A stretch of 64,000 nucleotides of DNA from Thermoanaerobaculia bacterium (GCA_963816185.1 CAWFJJ010000030.1:288001-352000); one strand, 5' to 3'; positions 35,734 to 45,782 are shown, counted from the stretch's first letter. The notes: generated by a model from the letters alone, not told the origin. Numbers and translations are program-made.

Positions 35734-36057
35734 ATGAGGGCCTGGGAAATCCGTCAGAAAAGAGCGCAGAAGCGGGCCCGCGAGCTCGCTCGTAAGGAGA
35801 AGAACAAGCACACGAAGGAGACGTCGACCTTCCGGCTGGTCGTGGCGGGGCGCGGGGGCGAGCCAGCAGTCGTCGAGTCGGTCATCGTGAAGAACCCCGA
35901 CGAGTCCGTCGCCGAGGCGACGTTCGAGGAGATCGAACCGGGCATTACCCTGATCGTCGAGGGCGAGCGCGGCCTCATTCAGCGCGTCGTCGTCGAGGAG
36001 AAGCTGGAGCTCGACGAGCCCGAGCCGATGCGCGAGGTGCGCGTCCGGGTCCTCTAG
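35734..36057 (+). CDS. Small hypothetical protein (basic N-terminus, acidic C-terminus)
   Basis: AAGGAG RBS before ATG 35734; typical GC3-rich codons. Confidence 0.6.
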   Translation: MRAWEIRQKRAQKRARELARKEKNKHTKETSTFRLVVAGRGGEPAVVESVIVKNPDESVAEATFEEIEPGITLIVEGERGLIQRVVVEEKLELDEPEPMREVRVRVL

Positions 36058-37229
36058 CCCTTCCGCCGGGGAGCCGCGCGACGACGGCGTCGCCCGCCTC
36101 GGCGGTCGAGAGCTTTCCCCCGAGGTCGCGCGTCGTCTCCCCCGCCGCGACGCACGCGGCCACGGCGCGTTCGACGAGCCCGGCGAGATCCGCGCGGCCG
36201 ACGTGCCCGAGCAGCATCCCGAGGCTCCGGATCGACCCGAACGGGTTCGCGATTTCTCTGCCCGCGAGGTCGGGAGCCGAGCCGTGGACGGGCTCGAAGA
36301 CGGACGTCCTGCCCGGGTGCACGTTCCCGGACGGGGCGAGGCCGAGGCCTCCCTGCAGGGCGGCGCCGAGATCGGAGAGCACGTCGCCGAAGAGGTTGTT
36401 CGTGACGACGACGTCCAGCGAGGCCGGGTCGACCACCATCTCGTGCGCGAGAGCGTCCGCGAACATGTGCCGGCTCTCGCAGGACGGGAACTCCGCCGCC
36501 ACCTCGCGAAACACGCGATGCCACAGGCCGCCGCCGCGCTTCTGGACGTTGTGCTTGTCCGCCATGAGGACACGGGGGCGCCGTCCGAGGCGTCGGGGCT
36601 TCTCGAAGGCCTGTCGCGTACGCGAAAGCCGCGCGGCAGATCCGCTCGACTCCGCGCCGGGTCGTCACGTCCTCCTCGACCGCTTCCTCGCCGGGCGTGC
36701 CGGCTCCCGCGACGCGTCCGCGCCCCGAGTAGGCCCCTTCGGTGTTCTCGCGGAAGAGGACGAAGTCTACGTCGGAGGCGTGCGCCTTTCGAAGCGGGAC
36801 GAGAGAGTCGTCGAGCGCGTGCACGGGACGGATGTTCGCGAAAAGATCGAGCCGGCGGCGCATGCCGAGCAGGATCTCGTCCGCGTGCCGCCCGTCCGGA
36901 ACGCGTGGGTCGCCGAAGGCGCCCGCGAGGACCGCGTCGAAATCGCGCGCGAGCATGTCGAATGCGCCCGCGGGGATCGTTTCTCCGGTCTTCAGGAAGT
37001 GATCAGCACCCCAGGGGAATAAAGAAATTTCTATGGATGGACCCGAGCCAGGGGCGGGGCCTCTCCGACGCCCGAGCGTGCTGTTTGAGCGAAGCGAGTT
37101 CACGCGAGTAGGAGGAGAGGTCCCGCCCCGGGCGAGGGCGCCGTCTGAGCGAAGCACGTCGAGCACTTTCAGAGCCTCGCGCGTCACCTCGGGGCCGATG
37201 CCGTCGCCGGGCACGACCGCGATCCGCAT
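36054..37229 (-). CDS. Isocitrate/isopropylmalate/tartrate dehydrogenase family (frameshift near 36570)
   Basis: IAVVPGDGIGPEV, LFANIRP, FRENTEG, then NNLFGDVLSDL, GLAPSGN, FEPVHGSAPD. Confidence 0.88.
   Translation of the reverse strand: MRIAVVPGDGIGPEVTREALKVLDVLRSDGALARGGTSPPTRVNSLRSNSTLGRRRGPAPGSGPSIEISLFPWGADHFLKTGETIPAGAFDMLARDFDAVLAGAFGDPRVPDGRHADEILLGMRRRLDLFANIRPVHALDDSLVPLRKAHASDVDFVLFRENTEGAYSGRGRVAGAGTPGEEAVEEDVTTRRGVERICRAAFAYATGLREAPTPRTAPPCPHGGQAQRPEARRRPVASRVSRGGGGVPVLREPAHVRGRSRARDGGRPGLAGRRRHEQPLRRRALRSRRRPAGRPRPRPVRERAPGQDVRLRARPRLGSRPRGQRNREPVRVDPEPRDAARARRPRGSRRARRTRRGRVRRGGGDDARPRGKALDRRGGRRRRRAAPRRKG
37047..37133. repeat. Palindromic (REP/RPE-like) element, in frame within the dehydrogenase gene
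   Basis: GGGGCGGGGCCTCTCC (37051-37066) pairs with GGAGAGGTCCCGCCCC (37114-37129); inner GCGTG/CACGC stem around TGTTTGAGCGAAGCGAGTT. Confidence 0.65.
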
Positions 37230-37242
37230 CGGGCGCCTCGCC

Positions 37243-40053
37243 CTACGCTTCGAGCGCGAGAAGCGCCGCGAGCAGCTCGCCGCCGTCCGGGAAGCGGTCC
37301 GGGCGGTGCCGCGCCAGCGTCCGCATGAGGACCGAGACCTCCCCCTCGCTCAGGAACGGGGCGTACGGGCGCGGGTCGTCGGGGTCGCGCTCGAGCCGCG
37401 CGACGAGAACGTCGTCGCCGACGTATGGCCACCGCCCCGTCGCGAGCGTGTAGAACGCGGCGCCCAGCGAGTACACGTCCGAGGCCGGGCTCGGCATCTC
37501 GCCGCGGAGGACCTCGGGCGGGAAGAAGGCCGGGCTGCCGATGAGCTTGGACGTGCCGCCCGCGTCGGCCTGGGGAAGCGCGAGGCCGAAGTCGAGGATG
37601 CGCAGCGTCTCGTGCTCGTCGAGAATGAGGTTCGCGGGCTTGAGATCCCGGTGCAGGATGCCCTTCGCGTGGGCCGCCGCGATGCCGCGGGTCGCCTGCA
37701 CGAACCAGGTTCTCCAGTTCTTCTGCACTCTCTCCGAGTCCTTCTTGATGAGCTTCTGGAGATTCGGCCCCTCGAGGTACTCCATCGCGAGATACAGGCT
37801 GCCGAACCCCTCGCCGTAGTCGTAGAGCGCGACGACGTTCGGATGCTTGAGAGCGGCGATCGCCTTGGCCTCGCGCTTGAAGTAGCGCATCGCGGTCTCG
37901 TCGCCGCGGAGCTGCCACGGCAGGATCTTCAGCGCCACGAACCGGTCCAGCTTCTTGTCGAGCGCCTTGTGCACGACGCCCATGCCGCCGCGCCCGAGCT
38001 CGGCGAGGATCTCGTAGCGCGACTCGGGAGTCTCGGGAAGGCCGAAACCCATCGTGGGCTTCGCCGGCGCCGGAGACGCCGGCATCGCGATGCGCAGCGG
38101 CGGCGGCTTCGCGGGCGGCGGCGGAGCGGGCCGCGTGAAAGCCGCGTAGGGCCCCGACTTGTGCACCGCCGGCGTCCGGATGAGGGCTGCGGGCATGGGG
38201 TCGTCCGGCTCGACGTCCGAGAACGGCAAGGGCTGCACCGCGGCGCCCTGGAGCACGGAAGGATCGAAAGCCGCGATCCGCCCCAGCTCCACGCCTTCCT
38301 CGGAGTCGTCGGATGCACGGAGCGCCTCGAGCAGCGTCATGTGGAGCGGAAGGTTCTCGCCGTCGACCTTGCCGCGCCCGAGCAGCTCCCGCAGGATGTG
38401 AACGGCGTCCTTGCTTTCGCCGGCGGCCATGTGCGCGCGCGCGAGCTCGTGAAAGACCTCGGCAAGCCCCGGCTCGCTGCGCGGCACTCCGGTGAGGTAT
38501 TCCCACGCCTTCTCGCGGCGCCCTCCCAGCAGCGCGCACCGCGCTGCCTCGAGGCCGCGGCCCGTGCGGAGAAAGAGCTGGGCTGCTTCGTCGAATTTCC
38601 CTCCGGCCTGAAGCGCAGCCGCCGCGGCCGGCAGGCGGCCGGCGCCGCGAAAGAGAGCTGCAGCCCTGTCGTAGTTCTTCAGCTCGGTGAAGAGCGCCGC
38701 CGCCTTCTCGACCTGTCCCGCCGCCGCGTAGGCGTCCGCCGCCGCCTCGCGATTCCCGCCGCGCTGGTAGAGGGGCGCGGCCTTCTCGAGACGCCCCGCC
38801 TCCTTCCAGGCGTCCGCCGCACGGACGAAATCACCTGCCTTCTCGAAGAGGCCCGCGGCGCGCAGCGCCTGCCCGGCCCGGCGCCACGCGTCGGCCGCGG
38901 ACACGAGGTCGCCCCGGCTCTCGGCCTCGCGTGCGAGAAGCTCCTGCGCACCCTTCTCGTCGCCCGCTCGTGCCGCCGCGAGGGCGGCCTTCGTGAGGGC
39001 GCCGCTCCTTTCGAAGGACTGGACCGCTTCGACGGGGCGGCCGCTCTCCACGAAGAGCTCGCCCGCGAGGAGGAATTCCTGCGCGTTCCGGTACGCCTCG
39101 GCGGCTTCGCCGGGTTTTCCCGCGTTGCGGTAGGCGTCCGCGGCCCTCTTCCACAGCGCCGCGCGGACGGGCCCCTGCGGCGTCCCCTCGGCGAGCCGCC
39201 GGCACCCCTCCGCGAGAGACGCGTGGTCACCGAGCGCCTCGGCGATCTCGGCGAGCCGGTCCCAGCGCGACCCCGCTCGCGCCAGCAGAAGCGCCTTCTT
39301 GCCCAGCTCCTCGGCAACACCGGACTCGCCGGCGGCGTCCCACGCGCGGGAGGCTTCCCACACGTAGCCGTCGCCGGCCTCGTCATACAGGCGCGCCGCC
39401 TCCCGAGCTCTTCCGTCGCGTTGCTCGAGCGCGGCCAGCCGGGGCCAGGCCTTTGCCTTCTTGAACATCCGGCGCGCGCGCTTCGTATCGCCTGCCTTCA
39501 GGTATGCCTCGCCGGCGTGGACCCAGTCGCGCGTGTCCTGGAAGACCTGCGCGGACGAAGCCTCGGGATGTCCGGGCTGTCCGAGCCGGATCGCGAAGAG
39601 ACAGACGAGAAGCCCCACGATGTCGATGGCATACCGCAGCGTGGCCGTGCGCCCGAGGAGCTGGAAGAACGGCGAGGCCGCCAAGTCACGCGAGGCGGTG
39701 TCGAGCCAAGGTTGGCGCACGAGGAGAGAGAGAACGTCGACGATCTGGTCGAGATGCGCGGTCACGAGGAAGCCGACGCCCACCACGAGGACGAGAATCG
39801 AGGAGCGCAGCCATTCGCCGATCGCGACTCCGCGCAGGTTCAGGGCCTTCACGATGAGCCGCACCAGGATGAGGACGACGACGACCGCCCCGATCTGGGG
39901 CGCGAAGTAGAAGCGCTCCGCCACGAGCCGCCGGGCGAGGTCGCTCGACTCCGTATTGGTGCGCGCCCAGTCCACGGCGCGCACGAGACCGAGCTGAGCG
40001 GCGAGCGCGAGAACCAACGTCGGAAGGTCGTCTTTCCAGTTTCTGGACGCCAC
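37243..40053 (-). CDS. Membrane-anchored TPR-like/alpha-solenoid protein with C-terminal Ser/Thr kinase
   Basis: About four N-terminal hydrophobic segments, many AAxxY/FxxAG repeats, Pro-rich linker, LGRGGMGVV, VALK, HRDLKPAN, DFG. Confidence 0.88.
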   Translation of the reverse strand: MASRNWKDDLPTLVLALAAQLGLVRAVDWARTNTESSDLARRLVAERFYFAPQIGAVVVVLILVRLIVKALNLRGVAIGEWLRSSILVLVVGVGFLVTAHLDQIVDVLSLLVRQPWLDTASRDLAASPFFQLLGRTATLRYAIDIVGLLVCLFAIRLGQPGHPEASSAQVFQDTRDWVHAGEAYLKAGDTKRARRMFKKAKAWPRLAALEQRDGRAREAARLYDEAGDGYVWEASRAWDAAGESGVAEELGKKALLLARAGSRWDRLAEIAEALGDHASLAEGCRRLAEGTPQGPVRAALWKRAADAYRNAGKPGEAAEAYRNAQEFLLAGELFVESGRPVEAVQSFERSGALTKAALAAARAGDEKGAQELLAREAESRGDLVSAADAWRRAGQALRAAGLFEKAGDFVRAADAWKEAGRLEKAAPLYQRGGNREAAADAYAAAGQVEKAAALFTELKNYDRAAALFRGAGRLPAAAAALQAGGKFDEAAQLFLRTGRGLEAARCALLGGRREKAWEYLTGVPRSEPGLAEVFHELARAHMAAGESKDAVHILRELLGRGKVDGENLPLHMTLLEALRASDDSEEGVELGRIAAFDPSVLQGAAVQPLPFSDVEPDDPMPAALIRTPAVHKSGPYAAFTRPAPPPPAKPPPLRIAMPASPAPAKPTMGFGLPETPESRYEILAELGRGGMGVVHKALDKKLDRFVALKILPWQLRGDETAMRYFKREAKAIAALKHPNVVALYDYGEGFGSLYLAMEYLEGPNLQKLIKKDSERVQKNWRTWFVQATRGIAAAHAKGILHRDLKPANLILDEHETLRILDFGLALPQADAGGTSKLIGSPAFFPPEVLRGEMPSPASDVYSLGAAFYTLATGRWPYVGDDVLVARLERDPDDPRPYAPFLSEGEVSVLMRTLARHRPDRFPDGGELLAALLALEA

Positions 40054-40130
40054 GGGTACACGATTATGAGCGATTCACGGCCGCGCGCGCCGGACGCGAG
40101 GACTCGGGCCGCGGTACAGTCTCTTTCTCC

Positions 40131-40703
40131 ATGCGACGGCCCGCCTCGATTCTCCTCGCCGTGGGACTCGTGGCGGCCCACTCCGCCTCCGCACAGTCGT
40201 ACTCGGACCCCGGAACGGGCTATGGCGTCGACGCCGGATACGCGCGCGGACGTGACGCCGAGTCGGGCGGCGCCACGGGCGGAGTCCACGCCCGTCTGCG
40301 CCTCACCGGCGGGGTCGGCCTGGACGTGTCGGCCGGATATCGGCGCGACGCCTTCGCGACGGACGGTGTGCGCGCCTTGACGGTCGACGAGATCCCCGTC
40401 GCGGCCTCCCTCCTCGTTTTCTTCCCGTACGCCGGGCGCGTGCAGCCGTACCTTCTCGCGGGCATCGGCTACACGTGGGCGAAACCGAGGGGCTTGGGAC
40501 CGAACGCCGGCACGTCATATCCCGCGGAGAACCTCTTCGCGCTGCACGGCGGCGCAGGAGTGGACGTCAGGACGAGCTTCAGGACGTCCGTGTTCCTCGA
40601 CGGCCGCTTCGTCTTTCTCGACGTGGATGCGGTCAAGGCGCTTGCGAACCAGCCGAAGTCCGACTACGTCCGCGTCGCGGCCGGCTTCAACGTCTACTTC
40701 TAG
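40131..40703 (+). CDS. Small outer-membrane beta-barrel (OmpA/OmpW-like)
   Basis: Signal peptide, QPYLLAGIGY, HGGAGVD, C-terminal AGFNVYF. Confidence 0.82.
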   Translation: MRRPASILLAVGLVAAHSASAQSYSDPGTGYGVDAGYARGRDAESGGATGGVHARLRLTGGVGLDVSAGYRRDAFATDGVRALTVDEIPVAASLLVFFPYAGRVQPYLLAGIGYTWAKPRGLGPNAGTSYPAENLFALHGGAGVDVRTSFRTSVFLDGRFVFLDVDAVKALANQPKSDYVRVAAGFNVYF

Positions 40704-41683
40704 ACGGCGTCGGGGCCGAGGCCGGAAACGAGCCGGCCGAATGTCTCGGGGTCGATGTTGCCGCCCGACAGCACGACGCCCACGCGCTTGCCCGAAAGAT
40801 CCTCCACGCGCCCCGACAGAACGCCGGCGAAGGCCGCGGTCGCCCCCGGCTCGACGACGAGCTTCATGGCCGTGAACAGCAGCGACATGGCGCGCCTGAG
40901 CTCGAGGTCGCTCACGGTGACGACCCGCTCGACCAGGGCGGACACGAGCGCGAACGTGTGGACGCCCGGCTTCGTCGTTTGAAGGCAGTCCGCGATCGTG
41001 GCGGGCACCGGGATGGAGACGGGATGTCCCGCGGCGAGTGACCGGACGAAATCGTCTCCCGCCTCCGGCTCGACACCGAAGACGCGGGCCGAGGGCAGGA
41101 GCGCCTTCACGGCGACCGCGACGCCGGAAAGGAGCCCGCCTCCGCCGAGGGGCGTCAGGACGGCGTCGAGGTCCGGCACGTCCTCGAGAAGCTCGAGCCC
41201 GGCGGTCCCTTGCCCCGCGATGACGGCGACGTCGTCGAACGGCGGCACGAGGACTCGGGCCTCGTTCGCGACGATCTCCGCGGCGATCTTCTCGCGGCTC
41301 TCCTCGGCGCGATCGTAGAGGCGCACTTCGGCGCCGTACCCGCGCGTGGCGGCGAGCTTGAGGGCCGGCGCGTCGCGCGGCATGACGATGACGGCCGAGA
41401 CGCCGAGCTCCCGGGCCGCAAGCGCGACGGCCTGAGCGTGGTTGCCGGAGGAAAACGCCACGACACCACGCCTGCTTTCCTCGGGCGTCAGCAGCGACAG
41501 GCGCGAGAACGCACCGCGCGCCTTGAACGCGCCCACTCGCTGGAACGTCTCGCATTTGAAGTAAAGGCGGCAACCCGCCCGCGCGTCGAGGCGGCGCGAG
41601 GTCATGACCGGGGTGCGGTTCACGTGCCGCGCGATCCGCCGGCGCGCGGCCTCGACGTCGACGAGCGTCACGGGCAAGGTCAC
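40700..41683 (-). CDS. PLP-dependent threonine/serine dehydratase family
   Basis: KCETFQRVGAFKARG, SSGNHAQA, GGGGL, SGGN. Confidence 0.9.
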   Translation of the reverse strand: MTLPVTLVDVEAARRRIARHVNRTPVMTSRRLDARAGCRLYFKCETFQRVGAFKARGAFSRLSLLTPEESRRGVVAFSSGNHAQAVALAARELGVSAVIVMPRDAPALKLAATRGYGAEVRLYDRAEESREKIAAEIVANEARVLVPPFDDVAVIAGQGTAGLELLEDVPDLDAVLTPLGGGGLLSGVAVAVKALLPSARVFGVEPEAGDDFVRSLAAGHPVSIPVPATIADCLQTTKPGVHTFALVSALVERVVTVSDLELRRAMSLLFTAMKLVVEPGATAAFAGVLSGRVEDLSGKRVGVVLSGGNIDPETFGRLVSGLGPDAV

Positions 41684-42342
41684 GTCGCCTTCTCCCTTTC
41701 ACGCGGGGCATTCTTCACGCCGCACAGGCGGTCGGCCTCGGAGGTCACGGCGTCGATCGCGACCTCCGCACGCGCGAGGAACGAGTCCTCGCTCTCGCCA
41801 TGGGTGCGCTCGAGCGCGGGCGCGAAGACGACGACGCAGCGCGAGAGCGGGAGCGGGAGGAGAAACCGGTCCCAAGAGCTGAGGAACTTCGGGCGGCTCG
41901 ACGACGACGACGACGGCAGGACGAGCCCGTTCCCCTGCTCGGCGAGCGCGAGGATTCCGCGCTTGCAGCGGCGCGCGGGCCCGCGGGGTCCGTCGGGAGT
42001 GAGCGCGCCGCCGGGAGCGTCCTTCAAGGCCTCGAGGAATTCCAGCGTGGCGAGGTCCCCGGCCTTCGAGGACGATCCGCGCGCGGCCTTGAAGCCCCAG
42101 AACTTCAGGAACGTGGCGATGATCTCGCCGTCACGGCTCTTCGACGCCATCGTGACGTAGCCCTCTCCGCGGTGGGCGAGGATCCCGCCCACCATCCTCT
42201 GGTGCCAGATCGCGTGGAGGGGCTTTTTTCCGCGCGCGCGGACGGCCGCGCGGTGCTCCTCGCCGACGATCGAGAGGCGCAGCGTCAGGCGGTAGACGGA
42301 AATCGCGAGGAAGACGAGAACGCCGAGAAATCGCTGGAGCAC
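41680..42342 (-). CDS. DUF374 / lysophospholipid acyltransferase-like protein
   Basis: WHQR, ASKSRDGEII, RGSS, TPDGPRGP, SWDRFLLPLP. Confidence 0.85.
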   Translation of the reverse strand: MLQRFLGVLVFLAISVYRLTLRLSIVGEEHRAAVRARGKKPLHAIWHQRMVGGILAHRGEGYVTMASKSRDGEIIATFLKFWGFKAARGSSSKAGDLATLEFLEALKDAPGGALTPDGPRGPARRCKRGILALAEQGNGLVLPSSSSSSRPKFLSSWDRFLLPLPLSRCVVVFAPALERTHGESEDSFLARAEVAIDAVTSEADRLCGVKNAPREREKAT

Positions 42343-42349
42343 GCCCGGA

Positions 42350-45058
42350 TTATGACGGCGGGTACCACCCGCGGCCCTCGAACCAGTACGTCGTCTGCTT
42401 CGCGAACGGCGACCTCGGGTAACGCCGGTGCAGATGCTCGAAAGCGGCTTTCGACAGCGCCCGCGTCTGGGCGTCCGCGCAGCCCTCGCGCGTCGCGCGC
42501 ACGGCGCGCGCGAGAAACTCGGGCGCGCGCGGGTCATCGGGGTGGCGCTTCGTGAACGCGAGCGCTTCGCGGCAGAACCACGTGGCGGCCGCACCCTCTT
42601 TCACGAACGCGTCGACCTCCTTCGCCGCCTCTTCCCGCTCGGCCGCCGTGAGGAAGGAGGGCGGGGGCACCGGAGGCGGGGGCACCGGGGGCTTCTGAAC
42701 CGGCGCTGAGCACCACCAGGCGATCGAAAAATCGGCATCGAGCACCACGTACGGGCGCATCTGGGAGTCCTCGAGCAGGACGGCGAGGGCCGCGTCGACG
42801 CGCCACTCCGGCCCGCCGAGCCTCGGCGCGCCATTCACGAGCGCCGCCATGCGCTGCGCGACGTCCAGTCGGCCGAGGAGAATCGCGCGCGTAAGGACGA
42901 CCTTGCGAAGTTTCTCCCGGGCAACAGGTTCGAGCGAGGACTCCTCGAAGAACCTGACGAGGCGATCGAGCGGAAACCAGGTGTTCAGGACCGTCTGGCC
43001 CGCTTCGTCGAAGAGGTCCTCCTTCCCTGCAATCTCCCCGTAGAGGTAGGCCGCGCGCCGAGGAGCCGCCAAAATGAACTCCTCGAACGTCGTCGCGTTC
43101 CTGAGCTCGAGGTCGAGGAACAGGTTCGTCGCCGACGACCCTGCGGCCTGCGCCTTCGCGATCGTCTCCGCGACAATCTTCCGCGCTTCGGCGCGCCGAC
43201 CGGCTTTCGTCTCGAGGTCCGCGAGATGGTACGCAAAATGGACGCGGCCGGGCGCGTTCCGGGGGAGTCGCCGGACGGCTTCCGCGATCTCCGCATAGCG
43301 GGGATGATCCGGCGAGATCTTCGCGACGACGGCGGCGAGCCAGTGGTTCGCGCGCGTCCGTGTCCAGCCCTCGAGCGCCCGGTCGAGCCCGGACGGCCCC
43401 TTCGTCTGAAACGCCACGATCCAGCTCGTCAGGTCGTCCTGAGGGTCGGGCACGTAGCGTTCGCCTTGGGGGTCGCCCGGCCCCAGGCCGAGCACCCGGG
43501 CCAGGAGATCACGGTAGTGGACGAAGGAGACCGCGAACTCGGCCTCGTCCTGCGGCTTCAGGACTCGCGCGGCGGCGGAGGCCACATGCGAGTCCGGTTC
43601 GAGATGCAGCTCGACGAACCTGAGGAGGTCCTCCGACCAGCGCCGGAGCTCCGGGGTCTTTGCACCGTCCCGAACTGCGATGAACCGCGCGCGCGCCTCG
43701 GCGAGAAGCCGGAGGTAGTCTGTCTTCTCGCCGGAGCCGAGCGTCGCCTGCCGAAGAACTGCCCGTGCCGCGAGGTAAGGAGCGATCTCGCGCCAGGGAG
43801 AAGACGCATCGTTGGCGATCTCCTCGAAGCCTTTCTGCGCCAGTTCGAGGCGCCCCGCGTAGAAGCTCGCCGACGCGAGCTGGTAGGCGCGGTCGGCGCG
43901 GAGCGGCGCCGGAGCCGAGGCGGGGAGGTATTCCGGGAAAGAAGGTTTCTCGTCGGAGCAGTTCGCGAACACGGTCTCCTGCGCCGCGAGCCAGCCCCGC
44001 GTCTCGGGAGAGTCCTTGCCATACCGTCCGACGTAGCTTTGGAGCGTTTTCGCCGCGCGCTGGAAGGCATCGTCCCCGCAGTTCAAATAGGAGGAGTAGC
44101 CGACCCAGCGATCCTTGGCGACCCCCGGCCCTTTTGCCCCAGTCGCCGCCTCGCGTGTCGCCATCCACGCATCCGCACCGGGCGAGCCCGGTTCCTGCCC
44201 CTTCCAGTAGGCGAGCGCGGCAGCCTGCTCTCCAGGGCCGAGCGGGATGCCGGCGAGGTAGCGGTACGACACGACGAGGTAGGCACGGATCCACGTCGGC
44301 TGGAGGACGCCCAACTCGCCGGCGGCTTCGAAACGCGGTTCCGTCCACCCCACGGCCGAGAAGAGGTACACGCGGCCGAAGGTCCGCACGAAAGGTTCGT
44401 CCGTCGCGAGCCCCGTCGCCGCCCGGCACTCCGTCGCGAAGCCGTCCGCCGTCGCGCGTGCTCGGATCGCGGCGGCGTCGGGCCCCATCTGGAAGAGCAT
44501 CGGGACAACCTCGTCGACACGCAGGGCTTCGAGCCATCGGTCCCCCACGCACCACGACGCGAGCGCCGTGAACGACAGGCCGAGGCGCTGGTCGAGCCGC
44601 CCGCGCAGCTCGGTGAGCACGGCGCGGAAGAATTTGCGCTCGGAAAGAGTCGCGTCGCCGTCGATCTGGACGGCCGAGACACGCGGGAGGCGCGCAGCAG
44701 AGAGCGCAGCCGCGACGACGGCCTCGCGCTGCGAACCCGACAGGGCGGCCCGGCGACCGCGGGAGATTTCGACTCGCACCACGGCCATGACCGGAGTCGT
44801 CTCATCCACGAGGAGAGGCTGACGCCGGCGGACGACGTGCGCCGCGTCCCCCGAAAGCCGGACGGTCGCCGCGAGAAACGCGACGCCCGCGTCCCGTCCC
44901 GCCAGAAAGCGCAGGTCTTCGGGGCGCTCCCAGGCCCAGATTACGGTCCGAGGGAAGTCGCCGAACGGGGAACCTCCGAAGAGAGAACTTCTTAGAAAGA
45001 GAAGAGCGAGCGCCGCGGCGATCATGCTCCGCGGGAGTGCGAACGGGTTGCCAGCCAT
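42350..45058 (-). CDS. Exported DUF3142-like domain fused to a large helical hypothetical domain
   Basis: WAWERPEDLRFL, QIDGDA, TALASWC, DEVVPMLFQMG, then LGVLQPTWIRAYLVVSYRYL...LHRRYPRSPFAKQTTYWF. Confidence 0.7.
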   Translation of the reverse strand: MAGNPFALPRSMIAAALALLFLRSSLFGGSPFGDFPRTVIWAWERPEDLRFLAGRDAGVAFLAATVRLSGDAAHVVRRRQPLLVDETTPVMAVVRVEISRGRRAALSGSQREAVVAAALSAARLPRVSAVQIDGDATLSERKFFRAVLTELRGRLDQRLGLSFTALASWCVGDRWLEALRVDEVVPMLFQMGPDAAAIRARATADGFATECRAATGLATDEPFVRTFGRVYLFSAVGWTEPRFEAAGELGVLQPTWIRAYLVVSYRYLAGIPLGPGEQAAALAYWKGQEPGSPGADAWMATREAATGAKGPGVAKDRWVGYSSYLNCGDDAFQRAAKTLQSYVGRYGKDSPETRGWLAAQETVFANCSDEKPSFPEYLPASAPAPLRADRAYQLASASFYAGRLELAQKGFEEIANDASSPWREIAPYLAARAVLRQATLGSGEKTDYLRLLAEARARFIAVRDGAKTPELRRWSEDLLRFVELHLEPDSHVASAAARVLKPQDEAEFAVSFVHYRDLLARVLGLGPGDPQGERYVPDPQDDLTSWIVAFQTKGPSGLDRALEGWTRTRANHWLAAVVAKISPDHPRYAEIAEAVRRLPRNAPGRVHFAYHLADLETKAGRRAEARKIVAETIAKAQAAGSSATNLFLDLELRNATTFEEFILAAPRRAAYLYGEIAGKEDLFDEAGQTVLNTWFPLDRLVRFFEESSLEPVAREKLRKVVLTRAILLGRLDVAQRMAALVNGAPRLGGPEWRVDAALAVLLEDSQMRPYVVLDADFSIAWWCSAPVQKPPVPPPPVPPPSFLTAAEREEAAKEVDAFVKEGAAATWFCREALAFTKRHPDDPRAPEFLARAVRATREGCADAQTRALSKAAFEHLHRRYPRSPFAKQTTYWFEGRGWYPPS

Positions 45059-45155
45059 GTCTCCCGCATTCTCTTACCTTTCTACGCTCTTCTTGCTCCA
45101 TTCCGGATCCGCGCATCCGCCGAGGATCAGCGCCTTGCGGTTATCCTCAGGCGCA

Positions 45156-45782
45156 ATGCGCCTCGTCGCCGACAACCTCTCGCGCTCCTTCGGGCGCCGT
45201 GCCTTCGGGCCGGTCTCGTTCAGCGTCGAGACGGGTCGGGTCCTCGGCATCGCGGGAGAGAACGGGAGCGGAAAGACGACTTTGCTGAAGACCCTCGCAG
45301 GCTTGATTCGGCCAAGCGGAGGGCGCGCGAAGATCTTCTTAGATGATGAAAAGGCAGGGGATGGCCATGAGCCGCGCGATATTCCCTGGCGCATCGGGTG
45401 GGTGGCGCCGGATCTCGCCCTGTACGGAGAGCTGACGGCCGAGGAGAACCTGACCTTTTTCGAAAGGGTCCGCGGCCTCGTGTCGGATCCCGATCGGGTA
45501 CGCGCGCGGCTCGAGGGCGTCGGCCTACCGCTCGAATCCCATTCTCAGAAATCTCTCTCCTCTCTCTCCACGGGCCAACGCCAACGGGTCAAGCTCGCCT
45601 TTGCGACGCTGCACGAGCCCGACCTTCTCCTCCTCGACGAGCCGGGCGCGAATCTCGACGAGGCAGGGCGCTCCATCGTTCAGAAGGTCGTCGCGGGGCA
45701 GCGGATCCGGGGCATCACCGTGATCGCCTCGAACGACCCGCGCGATCTCGCGCTCTCGGATGAGAGAGTGACTCTCTCGTGA
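45156..45782 (+). CDS. ccmA: Heme exporter ATP-binding subunit CcmA
   Basis: GENGSGKTT, LTAEENL, LSTGQRQR, LLDEP; overlaps ccmB. Confidence 0.85.
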   Translation: MRLVADNLSRSFGRRAFGPVSFSVETGRVLGIAGENGSGKTTLLKTLAGLIRPSGGRAKIFLDDEKAGDGHEPRDIPWRIGWVAPDLALYGELTAEENLTFFERVRGLVSDPDRVRARLEGVGLPLESHSQKSLSSLSTGQRQRVKLAFATLHEPDLLLLDEPGANLDEAGRSIVQKVVAGQRIRGITVIASNDPRDLALSDERVTLS

